Shown one piece after another: positions 50,801 to 63,239 of a stretch of DNA of 64,000 bases (positions are counted from its first letter, which is position 1; each line of letters starts with the position of its first letter). The position numbers and the translations under genes were made by a program. Under the pieces are notes generated by a model, which saw only the letters and a list, made by a program, of their open reading frames with translations, searched no databases and was not told where the DNA came from. Source of the DNA: Chiloscyllium plagiosum. Its lineage: Eukaryota. Location of the stretch: NCBI RefSeq assembly GCF_004010195.1, contig NC_057718.1:52346254-52410253 (forward strand), in the 5' to 3' direction.

Positions 50801-53800
50801 ACACATATCCACAGTAAAAGAGAACAAAGGCTTCTAAAGGAATTTTTGTAAAAGGACCATCCTTCCACCCTACAAATCATGCCAAAAACATTGCTTCATC
50901 AGCTGTTAGTCTGTTTTCAGAAACATATAATTTCAAGAACATTTTAATCATGATTTATACTAAAAATATGAAATTGAAGCACTAAGTAGAGATGTTATAA
51001 ATACTGTTCATAGCAGTTGTTTCCAAATTGTTGTGCACCTTTCTGCTTGAACATTCTTAAATGCCTTAAGTGTTGTTTTGGATAGTTTTACAACAATTGC
51101 TTCTTGAAACTGGGCCGTACGTGAGAGTCATATTCAATTAAAGTAGTTTCTCCAAAGACATGTGGTTTGCTAATTGATTTTTGAAGAAGTCACTTTGAAA
51201 TGTTCTCATCGAGCCTCACATGTAAAGTAAATTCATATTAATATTGGTAAAATAAGGAGAATTGGTTTGTATTGTTTAATTACATTATTTAAATTACAGT
51301 TTTTACATCAAAATGTAGATAAAAACCATGTACAGATCAGACGAGAAGATAGGTAGAAGCAGATCCGCTGAATGTATGTACACCAACCAATGATTACTTA
51401 ATTTGAAATCAATGGCAATGAAAATGGATAGTTACTTATTTGCAATTGCCAATTTTCCATCCAGCAATTAATGTTAAAATTTACACACCAGATTTTAATT
51501 GAAATATTTGACATGCACATACAAAAGTCAAATTTCATAATGAAATTGTTGAAAATTGAGTAAAATGGTTTCTGATTACATCTCTTACATTTTATTTTTA
51601 AATAGTTGTGGCTCAAAGTACAATTTATGTTAGATTTTGCAGTTGCCATTCCTGGAAGCCGACTGTTAGATGTACAGCTAAGCAAAAATGTAAACACAGT
51701 GTTGAAAATCATTCCCTGTTGGATCAATCTGAAATTCATTAGCATGATGGAACCATCAAATGCAGCTAAGAAATACAACTGACTGAATACTGGTGACAAA
51801 CCAAGAATGTGTTTCGCTATCCTATATTGTTCTTCACAACCTAAAGGACATGTTCCTATGTTGAATTTGTCAGTTACAGAACCAATTTTATAGCTCCCAA
51901 ATTAATTCTCATCACTTTGGAAGTGTATAAACCCTAAAACAGTCTGTTCCCAAAAAATGCAGGAACAGATATAATTCAGTCTGTTGTCATGTCTATTACT
52001 ACTCATAATTCTGGTACAGACTAACAGGAATAATTAATCTAAGGCAATTTCATATTTTGTTTCTTTCAAATGTGGTTTTTCTATTCTAATGTTTCATGCG
52101 AAAGTTACATATTAAAAGAAAAAAGGATTGTGATTAATGATTTCCAAAGATGTATTTTGGATACCAATGTAGTGATATTAAGCAAGGCACAGTTATTCAA
52201 TCAATGGATAAGGTAATTGGTGAATCAAACAAGGTCTCCACAAACGTCAATATATATTTGAACTGTTATGAAGTAAGTAGTTTTGGTCCATTTTGGAATA
52301 TTGTTTCATGAACTCAATTACTGTCTATGTATTCAAATCATTAATAGGAGTGCACATCACTCAGGTCTGTTTGTAGTTTACATATCAGGATGCTACTGAA
52401 AAGCACTGCAATGAGACAAGTAGAAAGTCTTATTTATAAAGTATCGCATTCCTTGAGTTGTGTAGTGTTTTTCATATGAATACAAATGACATTCATTTTC
52501 ACACTTTCCAAAATGTCACATTGTGGCTCAAACTTAATATTGTAATTTTTGTCCTCATTAATTAAGTAACTTCAAAAATTAGACTATATCAGTAATGGGA
52601 TCTATTTTTAAAATGGAAAACAAAAGTTGTAACTAGTTTTAATCAAGTGAAATGCATTTGTTCCTAAAGTGTATTTAAGTACTGTTATGAGGATTGTACA
52701 AACAATTTGCAATATTGTATTGCCAGAAAATACCAGATTAAATCAAAATTGCACATAACTGGTATTGTTGTAATGAAGATACATGATCCAAATATAACTT
52801 AATAGATCATGAGGTCCTATATAAAAATATACTGAATTGCTAAACAAAAGATTTACATCAATAAGGCATATCTATTGAATATAACATAGACAATGTTGCA
52901 GGCTGCAAAGGAGCAGGAGGCTCGAATATGGTCAGCCAGCTGAAAGTGCTGTCAAAGAGAAGTCACATATCCCAGTTTCTGAGAGAGATATGATTATTGC
53001 GTTGTTGAAATGAGTTAGAAAGAATTGACCTGCTTGAATAGCAATAACCTGTTGCTCTTTCTCCGCAAAGTGCCTGAGCTGAAAACCCACCAAAGCCATC
53101 CATATTGTTCAAGGAGTCCCTGTCGAAGATCTTCTTGGAACCTATCCACCATCTGAAGCACAGAAAATTCTGCCAGCTACAACTATTCCAGTCAGGCACC
53201 ACAGCGCCAGCAGCTTGTGTGTGCAAATAGCATCAAAATCAGAACACCATTTGGGACAATCTATAACCTCCTTTTTTCTCATTAATTTAACTACTGGTTG
53301 GTGAATTATTTTAAAGTTAACACAATACTTTGTTTCTTTTCAGAACTGTCTAAGTGCTAGTTATCTTTTTAAAAGGGCATATAATTAAAAATCATTCCAT
53401 CTTTGTTTGAATATGTTGGTGTTTGGTAATAAACCAATCGTTAGTTGTTGGCTAAAGAAATCTGGCTGCCGTTTTCTTCATACTGACACTGGCACAGTTG
53501 GAGAACTGTATAGTGGTCATAACACCAATCTGTTAAGTTCAAAAATTTGTTGTGCAGGATTGGGACTCAAAAAGAAAATGGTGATCCCTCCAAACGTTGC
53601 CTTAACACATATTTGGCGGGTCAGCCTCCATTAAACCCCCACACAATGAAGATTGTGAAATAGCCAAAGTAATTTGAAGTGGTGGCAATAATTAATGAAA
53701 AAAGGAAAATGCCAATATAGATTTCTTGCATATTAGAATAAAGAGCACTGTAACCAAAATGTCTAATTTTGAAACAAGTGTGTTTTGTATCAGAGTGAGG

Positions 53801-54388
53801 TGACTACTAATACTTTAAATAGTCCACTGATAAACTGCAAAGTGTTCACAGATTGTTGAAGATGGAATTGTGATCAGGGACTAAAGATTATACAACTAGG
53901 AGCTAACAAGCTTGTTTGTGAATTGGGAGAGTACTGGGGAAATGTGGAAATGAGACATGGTCACACTGGCAAAGACTTTGTTACAAAAGAAGAGGCTAGA
54001 ACTAGAATTTCAAAGAGATAAAGAAGAAAGGGTAAGCGAAGAAAGAAGAAGGTGGACAGGAAGGGGAAAAAGAATGTCGCGAAATAAAGTAGAATGATTG
54101 GAAACGGCTGGGAATCCATCTGCCTCCAATTTTTGGACTAGCATAGAATTGTTTAAAATTGTACAAGCAATCATAAAGTTTGAGGAAATGGACAAAGTGG
54201 TATTCTTCAAGCTGTTTGGAAAAATAGCCAAGAAAATGAAGTTAGCCATAGAAAACTGGACATTGCTCAACCCAATGCAGGCTGAGTGGCAAAGCCTGTG
54301 AAGATTACATCATGTTTTTAGGAGTCTTTTAGGATTTTATGGTAGCCTAAAAGATTCTCCTCTGTCTTATGGGTTATTCCCTGGGGTT

Positions 54389-54533
54389 GAAAGTGAGGAC
54401 TGCAGATGCTGGAGATCAGAGCTGAAAATGTGTTGCTCAATTCCTGAAGAAGGGCTTATGCCCGAAATGTCAATTCTCCTGCTCCTTGGATGCTGCCTGA
54501 CCTGCTGCGCTTTTCCAGCAACACATTTTCAGC
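54389..54533 (+). mobile_element. Short Penelope-derived hammerhead element with 5' inversion
   Basis: 14-bp TSD TATTCCCT(G/C)GGGTT (54375-54388 / 54534-54547); 18-bp inverted repeat 54420-54437 / 54517-54534; CTGAAGA-A-GGGC-TTAT-GCCC-GAAAT-GTC at 54444-54471. Confidence 0.85.
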
Positions 54534-54727
54534 TATTCCCTCGGGTTTCCAAGAAGACATTTTCAAACCTCTGGAAGCAGTCTGGGCAGATCTACATCAA
54601 GATTAAGGGAGAAGAACAGCTAGTTTTGGTAAATTGTATCAGCAGGGTGTATACATACTTTAGTTTCAGGTGCAGATGAGTACAGTCTAATATCTGACCT
54701 TGTTTGGGGTTAGGTTTGACTGAAATT

Positions 54728-55025
54728 TATTTATTCATTGGATATGTGCATCCCTGGCTGGACCAATTCCCAGTTAAGAATCAATCCAATTATTGGGGGT
54801 CTGCAGTCATATATAGGCCAGACCAGGTAAAGATGGCAGACCTTCTTCCCTAAAGAGCATTAGCAAGCCAGATAGGTTTTTACAACAATCAATAGTGGTC
54901 ATCATTAGGCTAGCTTTTCCTTTTATGGAATCCAACTTTCAACACAGTGGGATTTGAACCCATATCCTCAGAACATCAGGTTGGGGTCCTGGATTACAGT
55001 CCAGTGACATTATCACTCCACCATC
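54728..55025 (-). mobile_element. Second tRNA-derived SINE family copy
   Basis: Minus-strand head ggtggagtgataatgtcactggact and B-box GGTTCAAATCCC (near 54950-54960); tail gaataaa as in the second LINE. Confidence 0.7.
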
Positions 55026-55568
55026 TCCCTTTCCTTCATGGGAAATGATTTGGTGGGGATGAAGGTAACGTCTTTGCCACTAGTCTTAAAGAAACCAAGT
55101 GAAGTTGAGGATACAGCAGTTTCCATGAAAGATTCTGTATCTAACATAGATTACCAATCAAGCTCTAGTGCATTGAGGTCCCAATCCTATGTCCAAAATG
55201 TTTCAGAAAGTTAGAAGTATTCTGGATATAAAACAAGTTTCATAGTCATAAAGAGCTTAGGAACTGTATTATCAGGCTCAGAAGACAATGGCGAGGGCAA
55301 ATTACAATGAGTATTCCCAAGACTGGGTCAAAGGACTAGAAATTCATTTGTTTATCACCAGGATTCACCTGATGAATTGACCTCATCAGCTTTGATCCCT
55401 TTGCTCATGAACATGAGAGACAAATCTTCCAAAACAAAGAGATAATTTTGGGAGGAACTAATAAATATTTTAGGTTAGATTACATATTTGACTTCTGGTA
55501 ACTGAGCAGAGTAGCCAGTAGAGGAGCTCAGAAGCACCTGTAAACTTGACAAGTAGCCTTGAGAAAAG

Positions 55569-56254
55569 TGTCATGAAGGTGTGGGTGTACTGTACCTTTA
55601 AGAAAATTGAAGGCTAGCAGAACTACCTGACAGCACCAAGTGCTCTCAACAACCTTTTGGTCCAGCAGTTAGTGTAGCTGGTTGCCTGGAGACAAAAACA
55701 AATTTGAATTTGGCCAATCAGTTTAAATTATACCCCAAAATACCGACTACCAATCAAGTTTGAATTTAATATATTGACAATGTTAAAACACAATGAAACA
55801 ATCAAATGCTTTGGGGTATAAGACCGGGGAAAATTGAACAGTTGGAGGAGAACTGCCAAAAAACAAATGTAGGCTGCTAGTCAGAACTCTCTGAGATGTA
55901 CCTGTCTACAGAAGGAGTTTGCACAGAGAAAACATCAACACTGACCTGGCGAGTGAGTCTGCAATGAGAAGATTCAACAGCTGGCTGGTTTTGAAATTTG
56001 AATTTTTCAGTCAAACTTAATTGGGGGGTTTATCAGACCAGTATTATAGAAGGGAAAGTAAAAGCTAGGTTAGAGGAAAGAGTTGTAAATAGTTGTAAAA
56101 TAATTATTCTCTGTTATACGTTAAGAAACAAAGTTGTTAATGTTTACTTTAAATAGTTCTTGGCCACTTGAATTTTCACAAACTACTGCACAGGATAAAT
56201 CTTTCTGTATTGCTGATTTAAATAAAGCAGGAGGGTTTACCCTGTGTTATAACA
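55569..56254 (+). mobile_element. Solo LTR
   Basis: TGTCATGA...TTATAACA termini; 4-bp TSD AAAG (55565-55568 / 56255-56258); CCAAT boxes, TATAAGA near 55817, AATAAA at 56221. Confidence 0.85.
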
Positions 56255-59200
56255 AAAGGAGCAGTCAAGCAGGCCCAGGCCTCAATTTTTCAGTCAAGGG
56301 AATATGTGTTAGTGTTACTAGCTTTACAGGGTGAACTGCTGAAATCCCAATTCAATGGCCCAAAGAAAGTAGCTAAGAGAATTGATAACGTGAATGTTTT
56401 GATTGAGACCTCAGATCAAAGGAAAAAGAGCCATCTATGTAACATTAACATGGTGAAACATGATTACCATTCAGAGCAGGATAAGCAAGCACAGGCCTGT
56501 CAGGCAGTGAGGACAATGGAGGACTAAGAGGACAGTGATAATGTTGCAGAGGGCAGCCTGGATAGTACCAAATTTTCAACATTATGTTGTCCTGTTACCC
56601 AACGCCAACAGCACAGGTACAATTCTTGTACCAGCTGAGGTCAACATGAAGACCCCATTTTGTCAACTTCATCTTCACCAAGGTGCATTTTGAATGAAAG
56701 AACAGCCTATCTTCTTCTGGGGCTTTTGTATGATAGATCAGATACCATGCTTTCGTAATGAGATATAGACAGCAAGGGGATTTAATGATGCTTCTCACAA
56801 CATTTAGGTGTCTATAGAGACAAACCAGGATCTATGGGCATGCAGTCCCACTCCATAAACAGAATCATTATCATCCAGGTCTGGAGAAACAGGTTCGGGT
56901 GAAAGCAGAAATCAAATACAAATTTCAAAATCACTTCAGTGAACCCAGTCAAAGCAGCTGGATTTCACCAGTTGTGCTGGTGCCCAAGCCTATGCAAAGA
57001 CAATAGAAGGGTTAACACAGTAATCAGGGCACATTCTTACCCAATTCTTTGTCTGAAAGACTGAATTAACAAGATTGGAAGGACCACCTTTATTACTAAA
57101 ATGGATTTGTGAAAAGGATGCTGGCAGCTTCCTTTAACACCCTGAGCTAAAAAAATGTTGATCTTTGTCACAAATAAGCTTGCAGAAGTAAAGGTCAGCT
57201 ACCTAGGGCATACAGTGGGTCAGGGAAATTTGCTGCTATGAACACCAAAAATAAAACGATTGATGGAGTTTCCTGCTCCCAAAACCAAATCTGTACCAAA
57301 TCTCAGCCCCATTGCTGCTCCATTGATACTTGTTACAGCAGAAAACAAAGGCACTGTGGTTAGGAGAGGACCAAGCACCTTTTGAGAGACTGAAAACTAT
57401 CTTAACAAACTATACTGACTGCCCCAAATTCTGCCAGCCTATCAAGGTCATGACTGATGTCAGAAACTTGGGGGCTGGGGGTGGGGTGCTGTGTTGCTTC
57501 AGAATGATGAAACATACATAGATAGGTCACTGGGTGATTTCTCTCCAAAGTTAAAATTGATAACAATACAGGATTTTTACTGCAGAAGAAGACAGCTTGT
57601 GACTATTAATGGCTCCAAAACAATTTTAAGAATATGTCTGCCAATAATACTGGGAGAAGCTGGTATGAACCAATCATTATGCCCTATTTTTTTGAAAACT
57701 TCAAAAACATAAACGCCAAATGATTTTAATGGGATTTGTCATAGCAACTCCATCACGTAAAGGGGCCAAAGTGTTAAAAGGCATGGATGTTGTGAGCATC
57801 CAGGTAGATCCAAAATAACTGAGTGCTAAGACAGCAAGCAAGCAACACTGAGACACAGCCTGGTGTAATCATACACAGTGGTTTTCCTGCAGCAATGCAA
57901 TGAAAGGTCTCAGTGAGGCCTCATGGCCAGCATTACATGTGGAAGTGTACTGTAAGCGGATCGGAAATGTGTCATGAGGGTGCAATGAGAGTGTTACAGA
58001 CTGAATGCCAAGGTCCATGGATGTGTGGGGTGTGCACAGTTGATGATTGGCATAAAGCTCAGCAAAGTTGTTTCCAGATGTCCAAGATGGAAGACTGCAG
58101 GAGCAAGCAGTGGGCCGGACATGCCAGATACCTGCTCTGACGGCCATGTTGGAAATTTTGGGGGTCTGGTTTATTTCCAGTTGGTGGCAGATTAGGAGAG
58201 TGCATTTTAATGGAGCGAGATAGAGTAATGATGAGGGTGATAATGTGCAATAATCCCTGTTAATAGGCGTCTCACTGCTATTAGTGGAAATCTTACTTGA
58301 TGTCTAGAACATTGCTGGAAAATATGACTTTTGATCTTAAATGGTAAAGTTTATGCTATCCACCCAAATTTTGCTGCCACAGTCCATGTTGTTCAAAGCC
58401 TGGGAATGTTTTGCCCGAAGGCATTTTTGAATTGGATGAGGAAAAAGTTAACCTGCCCAAAGAGCACCAGCTTATTACTCTTTCGCCCATTATTTGCAAA
58501 TCATTTCATGAAAATGTCTGAGGTGAAAACCCACAGAAAGTCATCTTGATTACTCCAGGAGAGTTCCTGAAAAAGACTTTCTTGGAACCTACCCCACAAT
58601 CTAAAGCAAAGGGAATTCAGCAAACTGCAACTGTTTCAGGAAGACACTCCTGTGCCAGCAGCTTGTGTGTACAAAATAACATCAAAATCAGAATACCATC
58701 TGGGACAATCTGTGACTGATCCTTTTTTGCATAAATTCAACTATTATGTGATCAAAGTATTTTAAAGGTAACACTGCACAGTATCAATATTTTAGCAACC
58801 TTAATTAGCTTCAAACATTTCTGTGTATGTATCTGCATGACTGTTGGGAGTCCTTGATTAAATCTGTGCATTAGACACAATCAATGGTTCAAGTATAAAA
58901 CCACAGTCAAAATTGTGTTAACTTATAACTACAGCATTGTCTACCAACTCAGAATAATCTAATATTAAATTACTGAAAAATGACTTTAAAAACATATACA
59001 GGAGAGTATTATTTGGTCAGTTTCTCAGTAAATTTGAACAAAATGCATTCAAAAGCGTTAAGGTACTTTAGTTTTGTTGCACACAAAAGAAAAAAATTCT
59101 TAAGTTCAAAGGCTCATCAAGGCTTTGCAAATGAATGCAATTTGTAAAAGTTCCCAGTGGTGATTAATTAACCATGGGTCTGGCTCATTTTGTGGTCAGT

Positions 59201-59289
59201 CCAACTTCTGGTGCGGCTTTTTAATAAACCAATACAAACATTTAAACAAGGTCATGTGAACTGAAGTAAGCCCACACTTAAAATTCTGA

Positions 59290-60970
59290 GGGTAGTTTTC
59301 TGTTCCCTTGAGCCAGTGTGGGAAACGTGAGAAATATGAAAAAATATGGTGACAGCTAAACTCACCTAATTTTTCTGCAGCTCACAATTTCCTCTCCTTC
59401 CTCCAAGAAACAAAATGGCACTAATTCTGGATATGCCTGGTTGTGGCAGCTAACGGCTTGTTGCTGTGGGCCTTTGGCCGACTCTTGACTTCACCATGTT
59501 CATGTTGTATGGATACTATCTTCTTCCATTCTTCATCCACAGAAGTAAGCCTCATCAAACGATCAGTCTCACCACATCATCACAGCTGCTTTCAGACCTA
59601 CCTCACAAAACACTTCAGTCCTTCAGGATTTCATTTCAAAGCTTACGTACAGTGATGGCTTGCATGGTTCTGCCAGGTTGCTTTCTGTGCACAGACACAT
59701 GGATCTCCTGCATCTCTGGCTCTGAACTTAATTTCTTCATGCTCACTCAACTTGCACTTTGAAGCTGCCAGAGTGTGTGGCTTGCATTGCTTTTCAATGC
59801 AGAGGGAGAAGCAAGCAGCTTGTGAAGGTTGGAGTACTGAGCAGTCAAGTGGTGGGCATGTTGCTGTAGAGCACCATGCTTTGTCAATGCTAAATACATG
59901 TCAAACACTCTGCATTTGCTTCAACCAAATGACCATGCGACAAAGTTGATGGTCACTTGTCCTTAGAGGAGTTACGTGGGCTTTGGTAAATCAGGGAATA
60001 CCACCATAGTCATTCAAGGGCTTGTCCAATTATTGCCCAGCCAACTAGCCGTGGTAAATCCTGCAGTTCAAATACAACCAGATTAGGGATTGCAGGTAAG
60101 TCAGTTAGGGTACTGTGGAAATATCAATGCAAGGGGTGTTCAGATTCTTCCTGCATTGAGCAAAGGGACGGACTAAGTATGATGGAAGTGGATGGAAGAG
60201 CAGGAAGAGGTGAAGCATGAGGAGGAGAGTTGGAGAATGTTTCCACTGAATGAGTAGAAAGCACTGATAACATGAAGAGCTTGTTGCTAGGAGAATTAGG
60301 TGAAAGTTGCTGATTGGACAAGATGCATGCAGTAATGCAAGTTGTGGTACATGAGCCTTGGTGAGATAAGTGTGCAGTGGTGAAGTTAGAGTAAGGGATA
60401 GTCCCTGGGAATGTGAGGGAGCAGAAAGAAGATGGTGACACTTAGCCTTGAGGAGCACAGAAGATCATTAACCTTCTTCCTGCACTGCTGGGCTTTTCTT
60501 TTTACCTGTGACACAACACTGACACAATTCAGGCTGGCTGGGTTTGGATTGATTTCCTTTCGTGGTCAGTAGGAGAAAAGACTGCCCTTCCCTTCCACCA
60601 CCATATCCACCAATACCACCAGGTCGCTGTCAGTGAAGTTGGCTGCCAGGTTCCCTTTATGGGCCATGGACATAAGTGATAACAGTTGTACACCATTGTG
60701 TGAACTTAGTGCCTGGCTTGTAGTATCTGAAGTGGTATTCAGCTGAGGTTTAAATATGGCACCCGTGGCGTAAACATCAACAACATCCAGGAGCAGCAAC
60801 CACTCTCAGTTTTCCACCAGTAAGACCGAAGCTAAAGAAGCCGGATGCAGAAATAATGAGATGAAAAGTATAGGATTGCGTTAGGAAAGTCTACATGGGT
60901 CATTGCAATCCAGTCATTGTGAATCTCACCCAATAAAACACAAGGGTCAAAACTATGGAAAAATTCATTC
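59290..60970 (-). mobile_element. Second decayed Harbinger-type element with Myb/SANT first exon
   Basis: MAHKGNLAANFTDSDLVVLVDMVVEGKGSLF (about 60667-60575) and QCRKKVNDLLCSSR (about 60487-60446); outer boundaries uncertain. Confidence 0.65.
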
Positions 60971-61075
60971 CTGTATCTTTTATGTTGGCTTTACCCATTT
61001 CAATCAGATTGATTGTTTATGATTGAGGGGAGAAACCATGATCATCACTCTCTGTAAAGGAAAACAAATCAGAAA

Positions 61076-61169
61076 CAAAAACAGAAATTGCTGGAAAAGC
61101 CCAGCAGTTCTGGCAGCATCTGTGAAGAGAAAGCAGAGTTAACATTTGAGTCCAGTGTCCCTTTTTTAG
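61076..61169 (-). mobile_element. Short Penelope-derived end with highly degenerate hammerhead
   Basis: TSD AACAAAT(C/T)AGAAA (61063-61075 / 61170-61182); body matches the 22162 and 47655 type. Confidence 0.7.
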
Positions 61170-61534
61170 AACAAATTAGAAAATTGGATGTTCTTTTGCT
61201 GCAGTACTCTACCCTAAACCGGTGTGCAATTTTATAACACATGGTCAGGTGAGAATGCAGTCCACTGCCCTGGAAAACAATGTGTTTGTAAACACAGGAG
61301 AGTCCCTACTTCAGTCTCCTACCTATAACAAAATCTCCGCCGTTGAGCATGAAACATGATCTAGAGTTCCTAATCTGCAATGCAGCACCTAACTCTATGA
61401 GTGAGCAAGGGACCTTCCTTAGGAAGGGTTGTGTAAATGCTTTTGCCTCTTGACATCATATGAGCACCTTATCCTGCAGCATACAGCAAGTAGTTCCCAT
61501 GCTAACTTGACTAACCATTGCACTGTGACCCCAG

Positions 61535-61608
61535 TGTATGTGTGTGTGTGTTGTGTGTATGTGTTTGCGCGCGCATGTGTGTGTGTGAGTGCATGTGTGT
61601 GTGTGTGA
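61535..61608. repeat. Interrupted (TG)n microsatellite
   Basis: tgtatgtgtgtgtgtg...gcgcgcgc...tgtgtgtgtgtg. Confidence 0.9.
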
Positions 61609-62097
61609 CACTATGTGCAGCCACTGCTCCTGCTGTCTTTGATTTCCATAAAGAACTGCTAGTTTCAGACTGGCTGACAGCACTTGGCAGGCAGGACCTC
61701 CGCTGCTAAAGATCTCAATTGCAAAGACAGCTCGATAATGGTCTCTTAAACACCTGAACAGGGCTTGATTCCAACTGGCCTCCCTACCTGAACTGATGGT
61801 CACCAATCAGTGGGCACAAAATCCATCGGCCAAACAAAATCTTGGCCAATTTAGATATCCTTAACAACTCAATATGATACCACCAGTAACAGGGAAGTAG
61901 CTGAACATTTTAGTTACCTGTCTCAGTGATGAGTCAACTGCTGGTTGGCTTCATCATTAGCAACAAATATAAATAAAAGTAGAAACCATCATAGGAATTC
62001 AACCTTGAAGTCTATTCATGTGCATCGTTTAAATGGTAAACAATTAGTTTCAGGTCAAAATAAGCCATCTTCGGAGGAACACTGCCAGCAAAAATAC

Positions 62098-62409
62098 TTA
62101 GATTAGATTACATTACAGTGTGGAAACAGACCCTTCGGCCCAACAAGTCCACACCGACCCACCTAAGCGCAACCCACCCATACCCTACATTTACCCCTTA
62201 CCTAACACTACGGACAATTTAGCATGGCCAATTCACCTGGCCTGCACATCTTTGCACTGTGGGAGGAAACCGGAGCACCCGGAGGAAACCCACGCAGACA
62301 CGGGGAGAACGTGCAAACTCCACACAGCCAGTCACCTGAGGCAGGAATTGAACCTGGATCTCTGGCGCTGTGAGGCAGCAGTGCTAACCACTGTGCCACC
62401 GTGCCACCC
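62098..62409 (-). mobile_element. HE1-type SINE, near-intact copy
   Basis: Reverse complement closely matches 29260-29580, including the (TAATC)n tail. Confidence 0.95.
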
Positions 62410-63239
62410 ACAAACACTTCATTGTGTTTTGTTAAAACCTTACACTACACACAACTGTCTACTGATGTTCAAAGTAACCCCATAGAGAGCAGTGACTACA
62501 TTTCCATTGGTACATTGCACCCAAACTCCTGAGCAACGTAGTGCAATGGTGTCACAATGAGGAATGCACTAGCTCAGTTAAGATTTGCATGTGTTTGTTC
62601 AGACTGCTGTTACATACATCGGGTTTGTTTTTTGGGCATCCCTTGGAACAATGAATTAGCACCTTCACATATATTAGCAAGTAATCTACTTCCTTTTTGT
62701 GCAACTGAGGTGTACTCTGCTCAGGATTCTGCAACAACTACTACAGATTTGGCAGTGTCCTCCAAAAAACTGTTAAAAAAAAGTTAAAATTGAAAAACAT
62801 GAAACAAGAAGGCTCTCAATTTTCATAGCACCCCTGAACTTTCCCCTATTGTATTCAGCTTGCACAAAGTAAAACAAAGGATTGGTTGAAACATTATACT
62901 GTTGCATCACCAGTTAAGAATTTTGAAATGAGCCATAACCAATGTCTACTCATTAATTCTTTTGAAATTGAGAAGTATTCTGAATTAAAATTGCAATCTA
63001 CATCACTTAAAGTCTTAAGATGTAGTTTTCCCATTTTGCGTCTATCCAAAAGCAGGAACGGTTTGTGTGGAAAAACTCACATTGTGTTCGGGTCTGAAAG
63101 CCTTCCAGATTTTTCAGCAATCGAGCAGCTAATTGGTCAGCAGTCAGCTTTCCAACAGGATTTGGACCCTAACCAAAGAAAAGAATGGATGGTGGCCAGA
63201 CAGGATTGTGGAATCGAGGCCTTGGCCAAATGAGTAACA

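Larger units (their letters stand above)
53050..58780 (+). mobile_element. Ancient Gmr1-like Gypsy element: diverged LTR pair with gag, integrase, RT and RNase H remnants
   Basis: Direct repeat about 53050-53330 / about 58470-58775; gag KFEEMDKVVFFKLFGKIAKKMKLAIENWTLL (54098-54301); integrase C-terminus VLVLLALQGELLKSQFNGP..HLCNINMVK (56306-56527); then RT EPSQSSWISPVVLVPKP..SYPI..FITKMDL*KGCWQLPL; then RNase H SYLGH..KVMTDVRNLGAG..LLQ. Confidence 0.85.

Noticed and set aside
55369..55389. CTGATGA...TCATCAG inverted repeat resembling hammerhead cores
   Set aside because: No stem II or GAAA follows; it lies within the Gypsy integrase remnant.
1036..61182. Recurrent near-identical 30-40 bp segments as a possible CRISPR-like array
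   Set aside because: Dispersed on both strands with individual TSDs in a eukaryotic context; these are retroelement copies.
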